Assembly: GCA_014905635.1 (NCBI GenBank)
Contig: JABVCE010000023.1
Span: forward strand, 372,001 to 436,000
Source: Scenedesmus sp. PABB004
Lineage: Eukaryota
Direction: 5' to 3'
Length of the DNA: 64,000 nucleotides
Positions within the stretch are counted from its first letter, which is position 1; every line of letters starts with the position of its first letter. The position numbers and the translations under genes were made by a program. Under the pieces are notes generated by a model. The model did no database searches. It had not been told where the DNA came from and saw only the letters and a list, made by a program, of their open reading frames with translations. Below, piece by piece: positions 1-12,221 of the stretch.

Positions 1-234
1 AGACGGCGAGGCCCTGCGCGCGCGACAACCCAGTTGCCTGCCAGCCGCCGCCAACGCACGAGTCCGCTCGGCCCCAAAACTGCCCCGGCCGCGCGCGCCC
101 CCGCGCCGCGCCGCACGAGAGCGCCCGCCGCCCCGCCTGGCTAGCCCCCGTCCGCCAACCCCTGCTGCTGCTGCTGCTGCTGACGCCGCCGCGCCGCTGC
201 CGCTGCAGCGGCGCGCGCCGGCCGCCGCGCCGCG

Positions 235-1085
235 TCACCGCTGGCGCGGCGTCGTGCGCGGCGTGGTCTTGGGCGTGCTGCGGCCGCGCGCCGCGCTGCC
301 GCCGCGCCGCGCGCCCGGGGCGCAGCCGCGGCGCTTGGGCTTTTTCTGGCGCAGCCGGCTGCTCAGCAGGTGCGCCAGCTTCAGCACGCCCGCGCCCAGC
401 GCCAGCCCCACGCCGCCCGCCACGGTGGTCACCGTCACGCGCCGCGCGCGGCCGGGCAGCGCCGGCAGCGCCCCGGCGCCGCCGCCGCGGGCCGGCGGCC
501 CTGCGAGCGCGTCGTCGCCGCCGGCGCCCGGCTGCGGCAGGCCGTGCAGGTCGCGTGCCGCGCTGTAGGGGCTCATGAGGCGGCGGAAGGTGACGTCCTC
601 CGTCTCCTCGTCCGAGTAGCCCGCAATGTGCTCGCGCATGCGCCGCCTGCGGCGGCCGGCGGCAGCAGCAGCAGCGGGCGGCCGTGCCGTCGGCGCGCCC
701 GCCCGCCCGCGCCGGGCGCGCCGGGCGCCGCCGCTGCGGGATCGCGGCGCCCACGGGGCGGGCCGTGGCCTGGGCGCGCAGGGGGCGGCGGGGCGCGCCT
801 GTAATAGGCGTAGGCCGCGTCCTCCAGCTCCTCCGACATCTTGTCCTCGTCCGCGATGCTCCGCTCCACGATCCGCTTGCGCGCCTGCCGGAACTCGCGC
901 GGCAGGTGGGCGATGGCCGCCTCGTAGAGCTCCAGCTCCTGCTCCGGGCTCAGCGGGCGCAGGTAGTCGTGCACGGCATCGAACACGCGCGTGCAGGCCC
1001 CCAGCACCGCGTGCACCGCGCCCGGCAGCAGCTCCGCGATGCGCGGCTCGGGCAGGTCGATCTTGAGCAGCGGGACGTAGACCAT
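235..1085 (-). CDS. Two-exon hypothetical protein with a C-terminal hydrophobic segment
   Basis: ATG at 1085 (MVYVPLLKIDLPEPRIAELL...). A GC-AG intron at 798-647 joins YYR|RRMREHIAGYSD in frame. Hydrophobic VAGGVGLALGAGVLKLAHLL precedes a basic tail. Stop at 235. Confidence 0.7.
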
Positions 1086-1254
1086 CGCGCCGGCGCGCCG
1101 CCGCGCGGCGCGGCGGCGGCTGCTGCTGCGCTCGCAGAGCGCGGGGGTCTGGTGCCCGGTCCAGAGAGGTGCCAAGCGCTAGGGGGCCCTAGGGGGCCGG
1201 GGGTGATTGGACAAGGGCGCGGCGGCGGCGCGGCCGCGGTTCCGGCGCCCCCCG

Positions 1255-2320
1255 TCACGACGGCGCCGCGCCGCCGCAGGGCACCTGCGCGGCGGCGCCG
1301 GCGGGTCGGTGCTGCCACCGCCGCCGCGGCCGGCGCCGGCGCGGGGCGCGCACCAGCGGCAGGAGCTGGCGGTACAGCGGCGCCAGCACGCTCAGCCCGG
1401 GCGACAGGCTCTGCGCGCGGGGGCAGGGGTCGGGCGGCGGCCGGCGTGCGGCGTGCGGCAAGCCCCGCCGCGAGCCGACCGGCGCGCGCGGCGCGCGAGC
1501 GGGCCGCAAAGCCGTGCGCGGCGGCGGCGCCGCCGCCGCACCGGAAAGGCGAGCGCGATCTCCTCGCCCGTGTGGAGCAGGAACGCGAGGTGCACGTGGA
1601 CGTTGGTGGTCGTCAGCGTCTGCGCGGGCCGGCCGCGCGCGGCGGCGGCGGCGGCGGCTGGGCCCCGGCGCGTGCGGGCGCCGGCGGCGGGCGGGCGCCG
1701 GTGCGTGCGGGCAAGCGCGGGCGGGCGCGGGGGCGCGGCGGCTCGCCTCGTGCACGAACGCGCTGTGCAGGTCCGCCATGTCCAGGAACCGCGCCGCCCG
1801 CCCGCCCCAGCGCCGCCGCGAGGCCAGCAGCACGCCCACGCCCGCGAGCACGACGACCGACTCTGCGCGCCGCGCGGCGCGGCGGCAGGCACGCTCCCCA
1901 GGTGGCGGCGCCGCAGGAGCGCGCCGAGCGCAGCAGGGCGTGCTGCCGCGTGCCGCACCCGACGTGACCTCGCGCGCGGCGGCCCAGCCCGCGAGCAGCG
2001 CCGCCGCCGCCAGCGCCGTGACCTGCGCGGCGCGAGCTGTGTCAGCGCACGGCGCGAGCGCCGGCACGCGCTGGTGCGAGACGCCGAGCGCCGGGCCGCA
2101 CCAGCGCGGTGCTGCCGCCGAGGGCCGCCGCCGCCAGGGCCTGCGGAAAGCGGACGCGTGGGGTGCTGGCGGCGCGACGCCGCGACGCGGCAGCGGCTGC
2201 GGCGCGCACCGCGGCAGTTGCGAAGCCGAACGCAGCGGCGGCCGCGCTGCGCCTGCCGCGATCGCGCTCCACGGCAAACTCCGTGATGTGCGGGGCGTGG
2301 GCGCGCACCGACAGGCGCAT
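1255..2320 (-). CDS. PIGH: GPI-GlcNAc transferase subunit PIG-H (multi-exon)
   Basis: Exon peptides ESVVVLAGVGVLL..RFLDMADLHSAFVHE | TLTTTNVHVHLAFLLHTGEEIALAFP | SLSPGLSVLAPLYRQLL match the PIG-H pattern. Start and stop are approximate. Confidence 0.75.
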
Positions 2321-2687
2321 GGCGAGGGCAAGCGGCGTGGCGCTGCTGCTCGCGGCGCAGGCGAGCGGCGCTGCTCGCTGCTGGCGCGGCGCCGGGGGCT
2401 TCGTGCAGAGTGGAGCGTGGGGCATTCGAGCCAGCGATAGCGGTGGTGGCTGCGGCAGCCGCTGAGCGCGGCGGCGCGGCGCGCTGCGCCCTGCCGGCCA
2501 GTGACAGCCGCCCCTGCCCGCGCCCCCCCCTGCTGGTCAACTGCTGCAACCCTGCATCAAGCGGTGTTGCACACGCACGCAAGTGACACGTGGCGCCGCC
2601 CGCGCCTCGCTGCGGCCAGGCCCGCCGCACGCGCCCCGCGGCGTGCCCCCTCCAGCCCCCCTGGCTCGTCCGCCTCGCGGGCCGCCA

Positions 2688-4627
2688 TCAGGGGGCCGCC
2701 TTGCACAGCTCCTCCAGCAGCTGGCGCCACACGTCTGGCGGCGCGCCGGCGGGCGCCTGCGGGGCGGCGGTGGCGGCGGGCGCGCGCGCGCGCGCGCGCA
2801 TGAGGGCAGCTTGGTTCGGCCGTGCAGACGCGCCCAGCCCCGCGGCGCCGCACCTTGCTCTTCAGGTCGACCACCATGCTGTCGGCTCCCCTGATCTCGC
2901 TGATGAAGAGAGATGTCAGCGCCGTCAGCGCCGTGAGGTGCAGCGCGCCGGCGGTGGTCAGACCCTCGCAGCAGTCCTGCACCGCAAGCTCGCGCAGCCC
3001 CGTCAGGCGGGCGAGCACGGTCTCCACCTCGTACCAGATGCAGATGAGGCTGTTGTGCCCACCGGTCAGCTGCAGGCGCGTCAGGCACGTCAGCGCCAGC
3101 AGCCCCTGCAGGCTCAGCGTCTCGTACTCGCCTCGTGCTCCCCAGTCGCTGCTGTACGCCAGCGTCAGCTCGCGCAGCGCGGGGCACGCTGTGGCCAGGC
3201 AGTCCACGTCCGCCTGCGCCGTCTCCAGCTCGTCGTCGTCGTGAAAGCGCGACCCAAAGGCAAGCTGCAGCCGCTGCAGGCGGGAAAACACGCGGCCGGC
3301 GGGGAAGAGGTGCGCGCCCGTGCCGCGGAGCAGATACAAGTCATAAAAGCCAGCGTACTCAAACCCGGAGCCAAAGCTGAGGCTCGTCAGCCGGCCGCTC
3401 AGCGCGGCCAGCCGCGCCCAGGCGGCCGGGCGCGGGCCGTAGCGGCTCCACAGGCCGATGGCTACGTGCTCGAGCTGCGTGCACGCGCCCACCGCCGCCA
3501 GCAGCGCGCCGCTCCGGGCGGCAACGCCACACTCCAGGTGCCGCAGGCCCGTGCACGCCGCCAGCGCCGCCGGCGCCAGCTGCAGTCCGTTCAGCTCCAG
3601 CCGCGTGAGGCCGGTCGGCAGCTGCGGCAGCTGCGACAAGTCAGTCCCTACCAGCCGCAGCTCCGCCAGCGCAGTGAGGGCGCTCACGGGCGCCAGCACC
3701 TCGACTGGCAGTCTCTCCACCCTCAGGTACAGGCGCGTGAGCTGCGTCAGGGCGCCGACAGCCGCGGCCAGCGCCGTCTGCTCCCTCACTGCGTTGCGAT
3801 CCAGCTCCAGCTCCAGCTCCAGCCGCCGCAGGCGCGTCAGCGCGCCCAGCGACTCCACCACCGCAGCGGCAGCCTGCACTCCTCTAGCAGCTCCAGGCTG
3901 GTCAGCCGGCCCGCCAGCGGCGCCAGCCCGGCGCTGCTGAGCGCTGCCAGGTCTAGGTGCCGCAGGCGCAGCGCCTCCAGCCGCACCAGCGCCTCGCAGG
4001 GCAGGGCGAGCGAGGGCGACGCCAACAGTGCGTCCAAGAACATGCGGTCCAGCCGCGCCACCTCCAGCCGCGCCACCTGCCCGCCGCGGGCGCCCAGCCA
4101 CGCCGCCAGGCCGCCGGCTTGGTGCTGCGTCGCCCAGTTCACATCGATGCTGGTCGTGGCAGCCGCCGCCGCGTCGCGCCAGTCGCTGCACGGCGCGCAG
4201 GCGGTCGGCGAGCGGCACCAACGCCAGCACGTCCGCCAGCAGCTCGCGCGGCAGGCCGCCCTGCACTTCGCTGCTGTCGCCCGCCTGCGCGTGACACGTG
4301 CGGCACAGAGCGCGCGGGGGCCTGTGAGGCCGGGCGCGCGGCGGCCGCGGGCGGGGCGGGCGCAGCGAGCAGCCGCCGCTGCTGCCGGGCGCGCGCCGCT
4401 CGCCGCGGAGGCCACGGCGGGCCGCGGCGGCGCCAGGGCGGGTGACCGGGACCTCGCCGGCCGCGGATCACGCGTGCCTGGCCCGGTCCCGCCCCGCCAC
4501 AGCGCGCCAGCGCCCGCCCGCTGCTCGAACGCGCCGAGCGCCCGCCCCCGGCTGCCCAGGCCGCCCCGCTCACCGGCGGCGCGCGGGCCCGGTCGGGCGG
4601 CGCCTGGGCGGTGGTGGGACTCGCCAT
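2688..4627 (-). CDS. F-box/LRR protein, copy 1 (3 exons; ORF kept open by compensating frameshifts)
   Basis: Exon 1 is 4627-4574 (MASPTTAQAPP...). Exon 2 is 4284-2854, with F-box start LPRELLADVLALVPLADRLRA and many LxxLxxLxL repeats. Exon 3 is 2756-2688 (APAGAPPDVWRQLLEELCKAAP*). Confidence 0.8.
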
Positions 4628-4862
4628 CGTGGCCCGAGCTGGCGCAGCGCAGCGCGGCGGCGGCACGGAGCGTGCGCTGTCGGCCGCTGCTTGCCCGGCG
4701 TGCGTGTGCGGGGGCTGCGGAGCACCTGTTGCTGCTCGTGGCGGTGCGGGGCGCGCAACGGATGGGGGCGGCAGCTGCTGAGCCGCGCAACGCGGCGCGC
4801 TGGGCCCTGCCGGCCAACCCCAGGGCCCAGCACCCGCGGCCGCGCGCTCGCGGAGCCTGTTG

Positions 4863-4867
4863 TTACA
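4863..4867 (-). terminator. TGTAA poly(A) signal for the Ig-repeat gene
   Basis: ttaca on the + strand, about 280 bp past the stop at 5145. TGTAA is the established chlorophyte poly(A) signal. Confidence 0.55.
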
Positions 4868-5144
4868 GCAGCCTGCTGAGCCTGGCGCCCCCAGATGGCA
4901 CGCGGGCACCGCCGCCCCTCAGCGGCGCCGCGCGTGGCGAGGGCCCCAGCGCCGAGCCGCCGACGCCGCCGGGTCGCAGTGTGCTAGCTAGGCGGCAGTC
5001 GAGCCGCTCCCCTGCCCCGTCCTACCCCCGTCCCGCAGTTCCGAGGCAGCTCACCCTGGCATTGCCATTCAATGCCATCTAGCCCATGACCCGCGTGACG
5101 GGGCTGACGCCGCACCGGGGCGCAGCTCCGCGCCGCGCCGGCGC

Positions 5145-6974
5145 TCACGCCGCAAACTCCACGGCCACGCCCGCGCTGCTCGACGCGCCAGGGCCGGTCG
5201 CCCAGTTGGTGGCGGTGTAGTTGAAGCGCACCTGTGGGCAGCGCCCGCGAGCGGCACAAGCTCTGCCTGCAGCGCGCCTCGACCGGGCCTGCCACCCGCG
5301 ACCGGGCCTCCCGGGCCAGCGCCCGCCCGCCCGCCGCGCGCGGCGCCCCACCGTGACCGTGCTCGGCCCGCTCGCCGGCGGCGTGAGCAGGACGCCGGGC
5401 GTGCCGTCCTGGAGCGCGTACTCGGTCTTGAAGCTGCCGGGCGAGGGAGCCCCGATGGGCTGCTCAATGTCCAGCTGCAGGCCAGACAGGTCACGCTTGT
5501 CGTTGGCCAGCACGTCCAGCCAGAGCGGCACGCGGCCTGTCATGCGGAAGCTGGCGCCCCCGGGCGGCGGCGGTGGCGGGCGGCGGCGGCGGCGGCGGCG
5601 AGTCGCACGGGGCCGGCCGGCGGGGGCCCAGCCGCGGGCCCCTCCCGCCGCGCCGCGCCGCGCCGCGCACGTGTCGTCCACCGCTGTGGGCGTGCCCGCG
5701 ACGACCACCTCGGCCGCGCCCTGGCCGGCGCCCCAGTCGCGCGTGATGGCGGTGTAGTTGAACCGCACCACGCCCGGCTCTGTCGGCGCGGCAAAGCGCA
5801 CGCAGCTGGGGTAGTCCCGCTCGTCACTCTCGTCGCAGGGCACGAGCGACACGCTGCCCTGGCCCGGTGGCGGCTGCGACACGCGCAGCAGGCGCAGCAG
5901 GCCGCCGGCGGGCTTGGTCCGCGCGTCGCCCAGGACGTCGAGCACGTGCGCCTGCCCGGCGGTCACCGAGCCATCAAAGCGCGGGAGCTCGGGCGGCGGT
6001 GCGCTGCTGCCCACCACGACCGTCGCGGCGCCGCCGGTGACGCGGCGGTCGCGCACGCGGTAGGTGAAGCTCGTCTGCGCGGCGCGAGGCACAGGCGGCG
6101 CGCGCGCGGCGCGTGCGTGGCGGGGCGGCCGCTGGCACGCGAGCGAGCGCGCCACGCCGCCAGCGCGCAGCAGCAGCTCCGCCTCACCGGCGCGCCGCGC
6201 AGCGTCACGCTGACCGCTGTGCCGTTGAGCCGCGTGATTGCCGCGGTCACGCCGGGGGGGCCGGCCGGGCCGAGCGCGGCGATCGTGAGCGGGAGGCCGA
6301 GGTGGTCCACGTCGTTCGACAGCAGGTCGGCAAACACGTACTGCGTGTGTGTGCGTGGTGGTGGTGGGGGGGGGGGTGCACGCCGTGTGGGTGCGCGAGT
6401 GTGCGCGTGCGGAGGGGGTGGGAGGGAGAAGGAGTGGAATGGGGCGAGCCCGCGGCGCAAGCGAGCGCTCCCCGGCGGTTGCCGCACCGTTGCGTTCATG
6501 CGCGGCACGTCGCGCCGGTCGTCCACCGCGTCGGGCGCGCGCACGAGCTGGACGCTCACGTTGGCGGCGCCCGCCGTGCCGTCCGGCGCCGCGGTCCGGT
6601 AGGTCAACCAGTCGCGCGCCGCCTCGGTGCCCGGCGCGTACGGCGGCGCGACGTAGCGAATGCACGGCCGCGCCTCGTCCGCGGGGCCGCACGTCGCCAG
6701 CGTCGCGCGCGCGCCGGGCAGGGTCGGCGCGCTGACCTTCGTGATGCGCAGCCCGGCGGCGCCGCCGGTTGCGAGCACGTCGAGCGTGCTGCGGCTGCCC
6801 CAGGCCCTCGTGAAAGAGTCATCAACGGGCTGGCCAGAGCCCAGCACCGCCAGCCCCGCCGCCAGGGCCAGCGCCAGGGCCGCCCCGCGCGTGCCTGCGC
6901 GGCGGCAGCGGCGGCGCGGCAGCAGCGGCGCGCGCGCGGCGACATTGGCGCCCACGCTGCTGCGCTTGACGCAT
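5145..6974 (-). CDS. Secreted protein with about 4 tandem bacterial-type Ig/cadherin-like (Big_9-like) repeats
   Basis: Signal-like AALALALAAGLAVLG. Repeated PxAVDD...LDVLxND...FxY motifs: QPVDD/LDVLA, PDAVDD/DLLSND/SFTY, LDVLGD/RFNY, PTAVDD/LDVLAND/RFNY. GT-AG introns. The start at 6974 is inferred through a 59-nt intron. Confidence 0.7.
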
Positions 6975-7366
6975 TGCCAGAAACTGATGTCGCTGGAGCT
7001 GCTCCGCTACTGCGCGCGCCCACGGCGCGGCCTGCCCCGCAAGGCAGCGATCGCATCGTGTCGGGCGCAGCCGGCAGGCCGCGCAATCGCGCCTGTCGCC
7101 GCTCGCCCGAGCATGAGCGTTGTGCAGAGACCTTGGGCTCGCGCGCGTGAGCTGTGGGCTCAGAGACAGCGGGTCGTGTCGGAGGCCGCCTGGTCGCTGA
7201 GCGTCGGGTTGAGCGCGTCGGGCTGGCTGGCCTTTTCGGAGGGAGCGCCGTGCTGGGGGTCACACGAAGCGGCCGCACGACACCGCTTCTGGGCCCGCAC
7301 CACAACCCCGGCACAGCGCGGCGCGCGCACAACACCGCCGCGCGCGGTCCGCGCGCCTCTGGCTGG

Positions 7367-9340
7367 TCACGCCGCGCCGCTGCCGCCCGGCAGGGGCGGG
7401 AAGACGACCAGAGGCAGGCTCCAGAGCAGCTGCTCAGTCGCGAGCTGTCCCTGGTGGTGCCCCGGGCGGGGCTTGCCGAGCGTGAGCTCAAAGCGCAGCA
7501 CCCAGCGGTGCGCGACCATGGGGGTGCGGAAGCTCGGCGGCGCGGTGAGGGGGATGGAGAACAGAAAGTGACACGTCAGCAGGTGCGCTGTGACCTCGGC
7601 CTGCTCCGCGTGAAGCTTGCGCGCCGCCGCCGCGCCCGACGCGCGGCCGTGCGCGTGCGGCGGCGGCACCACCTCCTCGCTCTCCAGCAGCGCCACGACC
7701 TGCAGGCACACCGGCCCCCGCCCCCGCCGCCGGGCGGGCGGCAGTGCGCGGCGCGAAAGTCCAGCAGCAGCGCGAATGTGCCGCCCGGCTGCAGCAGGCC
7801 GTCCGCGGGCGGTTGCAGGACCAGGCGCAGCAGCGGGTGGTCGCCCGCCCTGGCGGCGGGCGCGGCGCAGCGCGGCGGTGGGCGCGCGCGACGGGCGGCG
7901 GGCGGCGGGCGTGCCCGCGCCGTGCGCCCCCCCCCCCCCCCCATCTCCCCCAATCGCGGGCGGCGCGCACCGCAGGTCGTACGTCCGCACCGCCATGCTG
8001 GCGCGCTGCGCGGGCGTGAGGTGGCGCAGCGGGCCGCCGCCGCCGTCGTCGCCGTCGTCGCCGGCGCCGCCGCCCGCGGCCTCCGCCGCGAGCTGCTGCT
8101 CGTCCAGCTGCAGGCAGTCCAGCGACGCCGTCTGGCCCGCCAGCAGGCTGCTGGCGAGGCTGCCGCGCGCCGACAGCGCCGGGTAGAGCGCGCCCGGCGG
8201 CTGCGCGTGGCACACGATGCTGCGGCTGCCGTCGCCGTGGCGCACGACCTCCTGCGGCGAGCGCGCGCGGGCGGGTGCCCGCGTGGGCGCGCGCGTGGGG
8301 TGGGCAGCGCGCACCGGCGCCGCCCTGCCGCGCACCTCGACGCGCAGCCTCATCGCCCGCGCGCCCAAGCCATACTCAATGCACTCCGGCTCGCCCGGCC
8401 CCGCCGCCTCGCCCCCGGGCGCCGCGCCACCCGGCGGCGCCGCCGCCGCGCTGCCCGCCGCCGCCTGCAGGCTCGCGCGGCGGTCGAGGCCGCCGCCGCC
8501 GCCGCCGCGGTCGGCCACGGGCCAGACAACAAAGCTCGACTGCGCCGCGCACGACGCGCCTGCGCCGCCCGGCGCGGCGCCTGCGGCGGGCGCGCGCGGC
8601 GCGCGGCCCCGTCGGCCGCGGCGCGGCCGCGCGGGCGGGGCGGCGCCGCCGCGCTCCGTGCCGCCGCGCCGCGCCGCCGCGTCGCGGGCGCGTGCGGTGG
8701 CGCACCCGTGGGCGTGAGGCGCGCTGTGAGGGAGGCGGCGTAGACGTATCTCACCGCCGTGCCGCGGTACGACGGCGGCAGCCGCGCCGGCAGGCGGAGC
8801 CGCACGACGAACTCGCGCCCCCCCGGGCCCAGGCCCGGGTCGGACCCGCCCTCCAGCAGCGGCACCTGGCCCGTCGAAAAGATGCTGCGCACGAGGCGCT
8901 ACGGCGACCGCGACCGCCGGCGGTCGCGGCCGCGGCGGCGTGCGGCGCTCACCGCCGCTGCGCGTCGCCGCGCACCGCCGCGCGCCGCCCCGCCGCGCGC
9001 TGGGCGGCGCCGCACCCTGCTGTCCTTGGTCGCGGTGACCTCCGGCCGGTAGAGCGCGCCCACCCAGCTCGGGTCGACGCGCTCGCTGCCGGCGCACTCG
9101 AACGACAGGCTCAGCGCGTCGCCGCCGGGCGGCGGCGGCGCGTCGGGGAGGCGCCGCACCTGCAGGCCGGCCGGCGGGGGCGAGGGCTGGAGCTCAGCCG
9201 CGTGTGCACGTGTGCGGCGCTGCTGCTGCGACCGCCGCGACCGCCGCGGCCGCGCCGTGCGGCGCCCGCACCTTGACCAGGACCTTGACGACCTCGCCCG
9301 GGAAGTAGCAGGGCCGCTCCAGCGCGAGGCTGAGCTCCAT
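7367..9340 (-). CDS. RGP1: RGP1 (RIC1-RGP1 Rab6/Ypt6 GEF subunit)
   Basis: MELSLALERPCYFPGEVV, LPARLPPSYRGTAVRYVY, FLFSIPLTAPPSFRTPMVAHRWVLRFE and LLWSLPLVVFP are Rgp1-family motifs. Confidence 0.85.
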
Positions 9341-9822
9341 CGCGGCGCGTGCGCGCCCGGCGGCAGCGCGGCGCTGCGCACAACTGCCGCCGCCGCCGCC
9401 GGTGCTGCTGCAGCGCGTGCGCCTCTTCAAGAGGAAGATCCTGGCAGCGGGTGGACGGGGCCGCCGATCTGGGGGCCGGGCGGCGCCCGGGACGGCGGCA
9501 GCAGCGGAGAACAGGCTGTTCTGAACAGCAACTCGAGAGCCCGAACCGCGGCCCTCGGCCTCCCGCCCTCTTGCAGCGCACCCGCCCGTCCCTCCCGCCC
9601 TCTCCTCGGCCCCGTCGGCCCGCGCCTGCGCGCCCGCAAGCCAGCGGCAGCCCGCGGGCAGGCGAGAGGGCCTCGCCAGCGCCCGCCGCGGCCCGCAGCG
9701 GCTCGTCCTTGTGGCCACGTGCCTCGAACGAGCGTGCCTGCCACCTCCGCAGCGGCGCCGGGCGCGCGGGGGGCGCGGGGCGCGCGCTGGGAGGCAGCAG
9801 GCCTTGCTCGCAGCGCCGCGCA

Positions 9823-11841
9823 ATGCAGCGCTTTCCGGAGGCCTCGCTGGAGGTGCTGAAGGCCACCTGCCCCAGCCGCGCCGCCGGCTTCAGCTGGAAG
9901 GCGGAGCTGCGCTACCGGCGGGAGTGCTGCGACATCATCTTTGCCGTCGGCGGGCCCCTGCGGCTGTGAGTGGCCGCGGGCGCGCGCCCGGGCGCGGGCC
10001 CGGGGCCCCGCCTCACGCCCCGCGCCGCCGCTCGCCGAGCAGCGCGGTGAGCACGCAGCACAAGGCCGTCGTCCTGCTGCAGCGCTACTTCACGCGCTGC
10101 TCGTCCGCCGAGTGCAAGCAGCTGCACAAATGGGTGGGTGACCCGACCTCCCTCCTAGGCCCCGGCCCCGGAGGCGGGGCGCCCGCGCCAGCCGGGCGCC
10201 GCGCGGTCGCGCGCCACGTGCCGCGCGCGGCGGCAGCAGCGGCGGCAGCAGCGGCAGCGACGGCGGCGCGGGCTCGGCGCCGGGCGGGGGCGTCCGTGCC
10301 TGAGCGCCGGGGGCCGCGCCGCGCAGGCGGTGGCGACGGCGTGCGTGTTCCTTGCGACCAAGATTGACAGCAGCTACCACCGGCTCGAGAGCGTCGCGCA
10401 CGCGGCCATCCGCGCGCTGCGCGACATGCAGGGCCGCGACATGGAGCGCGAGTACTTCAACCCAGACGGGGTGAGCCCCCCCCCCCCCCCGCGCAGCCCG
10501 CGCGGCGGGGCGCGACGGGGGGCAAGCGCGCCCTAGCCCGCCGCCGCCGCGGGTCCCCACGCGGCGCGCCGCCGCGCCCCTCTGGTCCCCCGCCCGTCCC
10601 TGCCGCCCCTCGCCCCTCGCCCCGGGCCCTGCCTGCCCCATGCGCCCCCCCCCCCACCCGGCACACACACGCACGCACGCACGCACACGCACGCACACGC
10701 ACGCACGCACACGCACGCACGCACGCACGCACACACGGACGCCCCCCGCCCCGCCCCGCGCCCGCGCCGCGCGCCCGCGGCGCCGCGGCAGACGCCGGGC
10801 TGCCCCGCCTACCTGTCGCGCCTCGCGGGCCTCGTGCGTGACGCTGAGCTGGCGGTCATCTTTGCGGTCAACTTTGACTTTAACGTCGAGGTCCCCGCCA
10901 GCATGGTCGTGTACCAGCTCAACGAGCTCGGCCTCACACACGACGCGGGCACGGCAGACCAGGCCGTCGCCGCCGCGCGCCGCGCCGCGGGCGCGGCCGC
11001 GCGCCTCTGGTGCGGCGCCGCACACGCCGCCGCCGGCGCGGCGCACGCGCACGCCGCCCGCGCTGCCCGCCCGCGCGGCGCGGCGCCGCGACGCAGCACG
11101 CCGCGCCGCGCCCCCGGCCGCCCCCGGCCGCGCCGGCGCGCAGCCTGACGGCCAAGCCGCACCTGGTGCTCGTGCACAGCGCGCGCGCGCTGTCGCTCGC
11201 CTGCATTGCGTCGGCGTGCCGCCGCACCGGCGCGCCGCTCGACCTCTCCGCCGTGCGCGAGGGCGGCTACACGCCACGCCTGAGCGCCGAGGAGCTGGAG
11301 GGTGAGCAGGCCGCACGTGCCGCGCCGGGCCGGGCCGGGGGGCGGGGCGGGCCCCCTGCGCGGCGCCCGGCGGCGGCGCGCAGCGTCGCGCGCAGTGCGC
11401 GCCGCTGCGTGCCACCTCCAACCCCGCTCCCCGCGGCGCCGCAGCGGTGGTCAAGAGCCTGCCGACGCCGGCCGGCGAGGGCAGCCGCGCCGACTCGCCG
11501 AGCACGACCACGCGCGGCGCCAGCAGCGGCGGGCAGCAGGGCGGCACGAGCGCCCGCTCGCCCGCGTCGCGGCCCGCAGCGCCGGGCACGCCCGCGTCCA
11601 CGCTCAGCGGCGGCGCGGTCAGCGGCGGGGGCGGAGCGGCCAGCGCGCCGCCGGGCGGCGGGCTGCGCGGCACGGGCAGCGCCGTCCCGGGCGGCATGAC
11701 CGGCGCCAGCGCGAGCGGGGGGCTGTCGGCCGGCTCCTACGGCGAGGCGCTGACCGTGGGGCCGCGCGTCGCGCCGTCGCCCATCAGCCCCGACACGCAG
11801 ACCTCTGGTGCCGCGGCGGCGGCGGCGGCGGCAGCGGGCCA

Positions 11842-11872
<31 letters not shown>

Positions 11873-11977
11873 TGCACGCGCAAGCGCCCGCGCGAGGCCG
11901 GGCTGGGCCAGGTGCAGCTGCACCTGGCGGCCAGCGAGCCCGCGCACAAAAAGTGCGGCGCGGGCGTCGTGGCGTAG
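9823..11977 (+). CDS. Transcriptional cyclin (cyclin T/K/L-like)
   Basis: CPSRAAGFSWKAELRYRRECC, AVVLLQRYF, VATACVFLATKI and AELAVIFAVNFDFNVEVP form a cyclin box. The tail is low-complexity. TGTAA at 12166. Confidence 0.8.
10661..10737. repeat. (GCAC)n/(CA)n microsatellite in a cyclin intron
   Basis: Directly visible. Confidence 0.9.
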
Positions 11978-12165
11978 GCGGGGGCGGGGCGGCTAGTGCA
12001 GGATCGGCAGGCTGGTCGCAGGCGGGGCGTAGCTAGGTGCAGGCGCAGGCGGGGGGCGGCGGCACTGCCAGGGATCGCTTCGGGCGCGCGCCGCCGCGGC
12101 GCGTGGTTTTTGCTCGACCCTGCGGCGACGAGGCCGCAGGCCCGCGCCGGGGTCGTGGGGCACGC

Positions 12166-12170
12166 TGTAA
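12166..12170 (+). terminator. TGTAA poly(A) signal for the cyclin gene
   Basis: tgtaa about 190 bp after the stop codon. Confidence 0.6.
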
Positions 12171-12221
12171 TGGTGCCTTTCAACAGCCACCGCCGCCGCC
12201 CGCGCCGCGGCCCCGATTGCC

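Larger units (their letters stand above)
2535..5207. repeat. Segmental duplication unit A (partner at about 12222-14943)
   Basis: Colinear similarity with the partner, including an apparently identical block (about 3810-4373 vs 13526-14089) and a near-identical block (about 4985-5207 vs 14720-14943). Confidence 0.9.
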
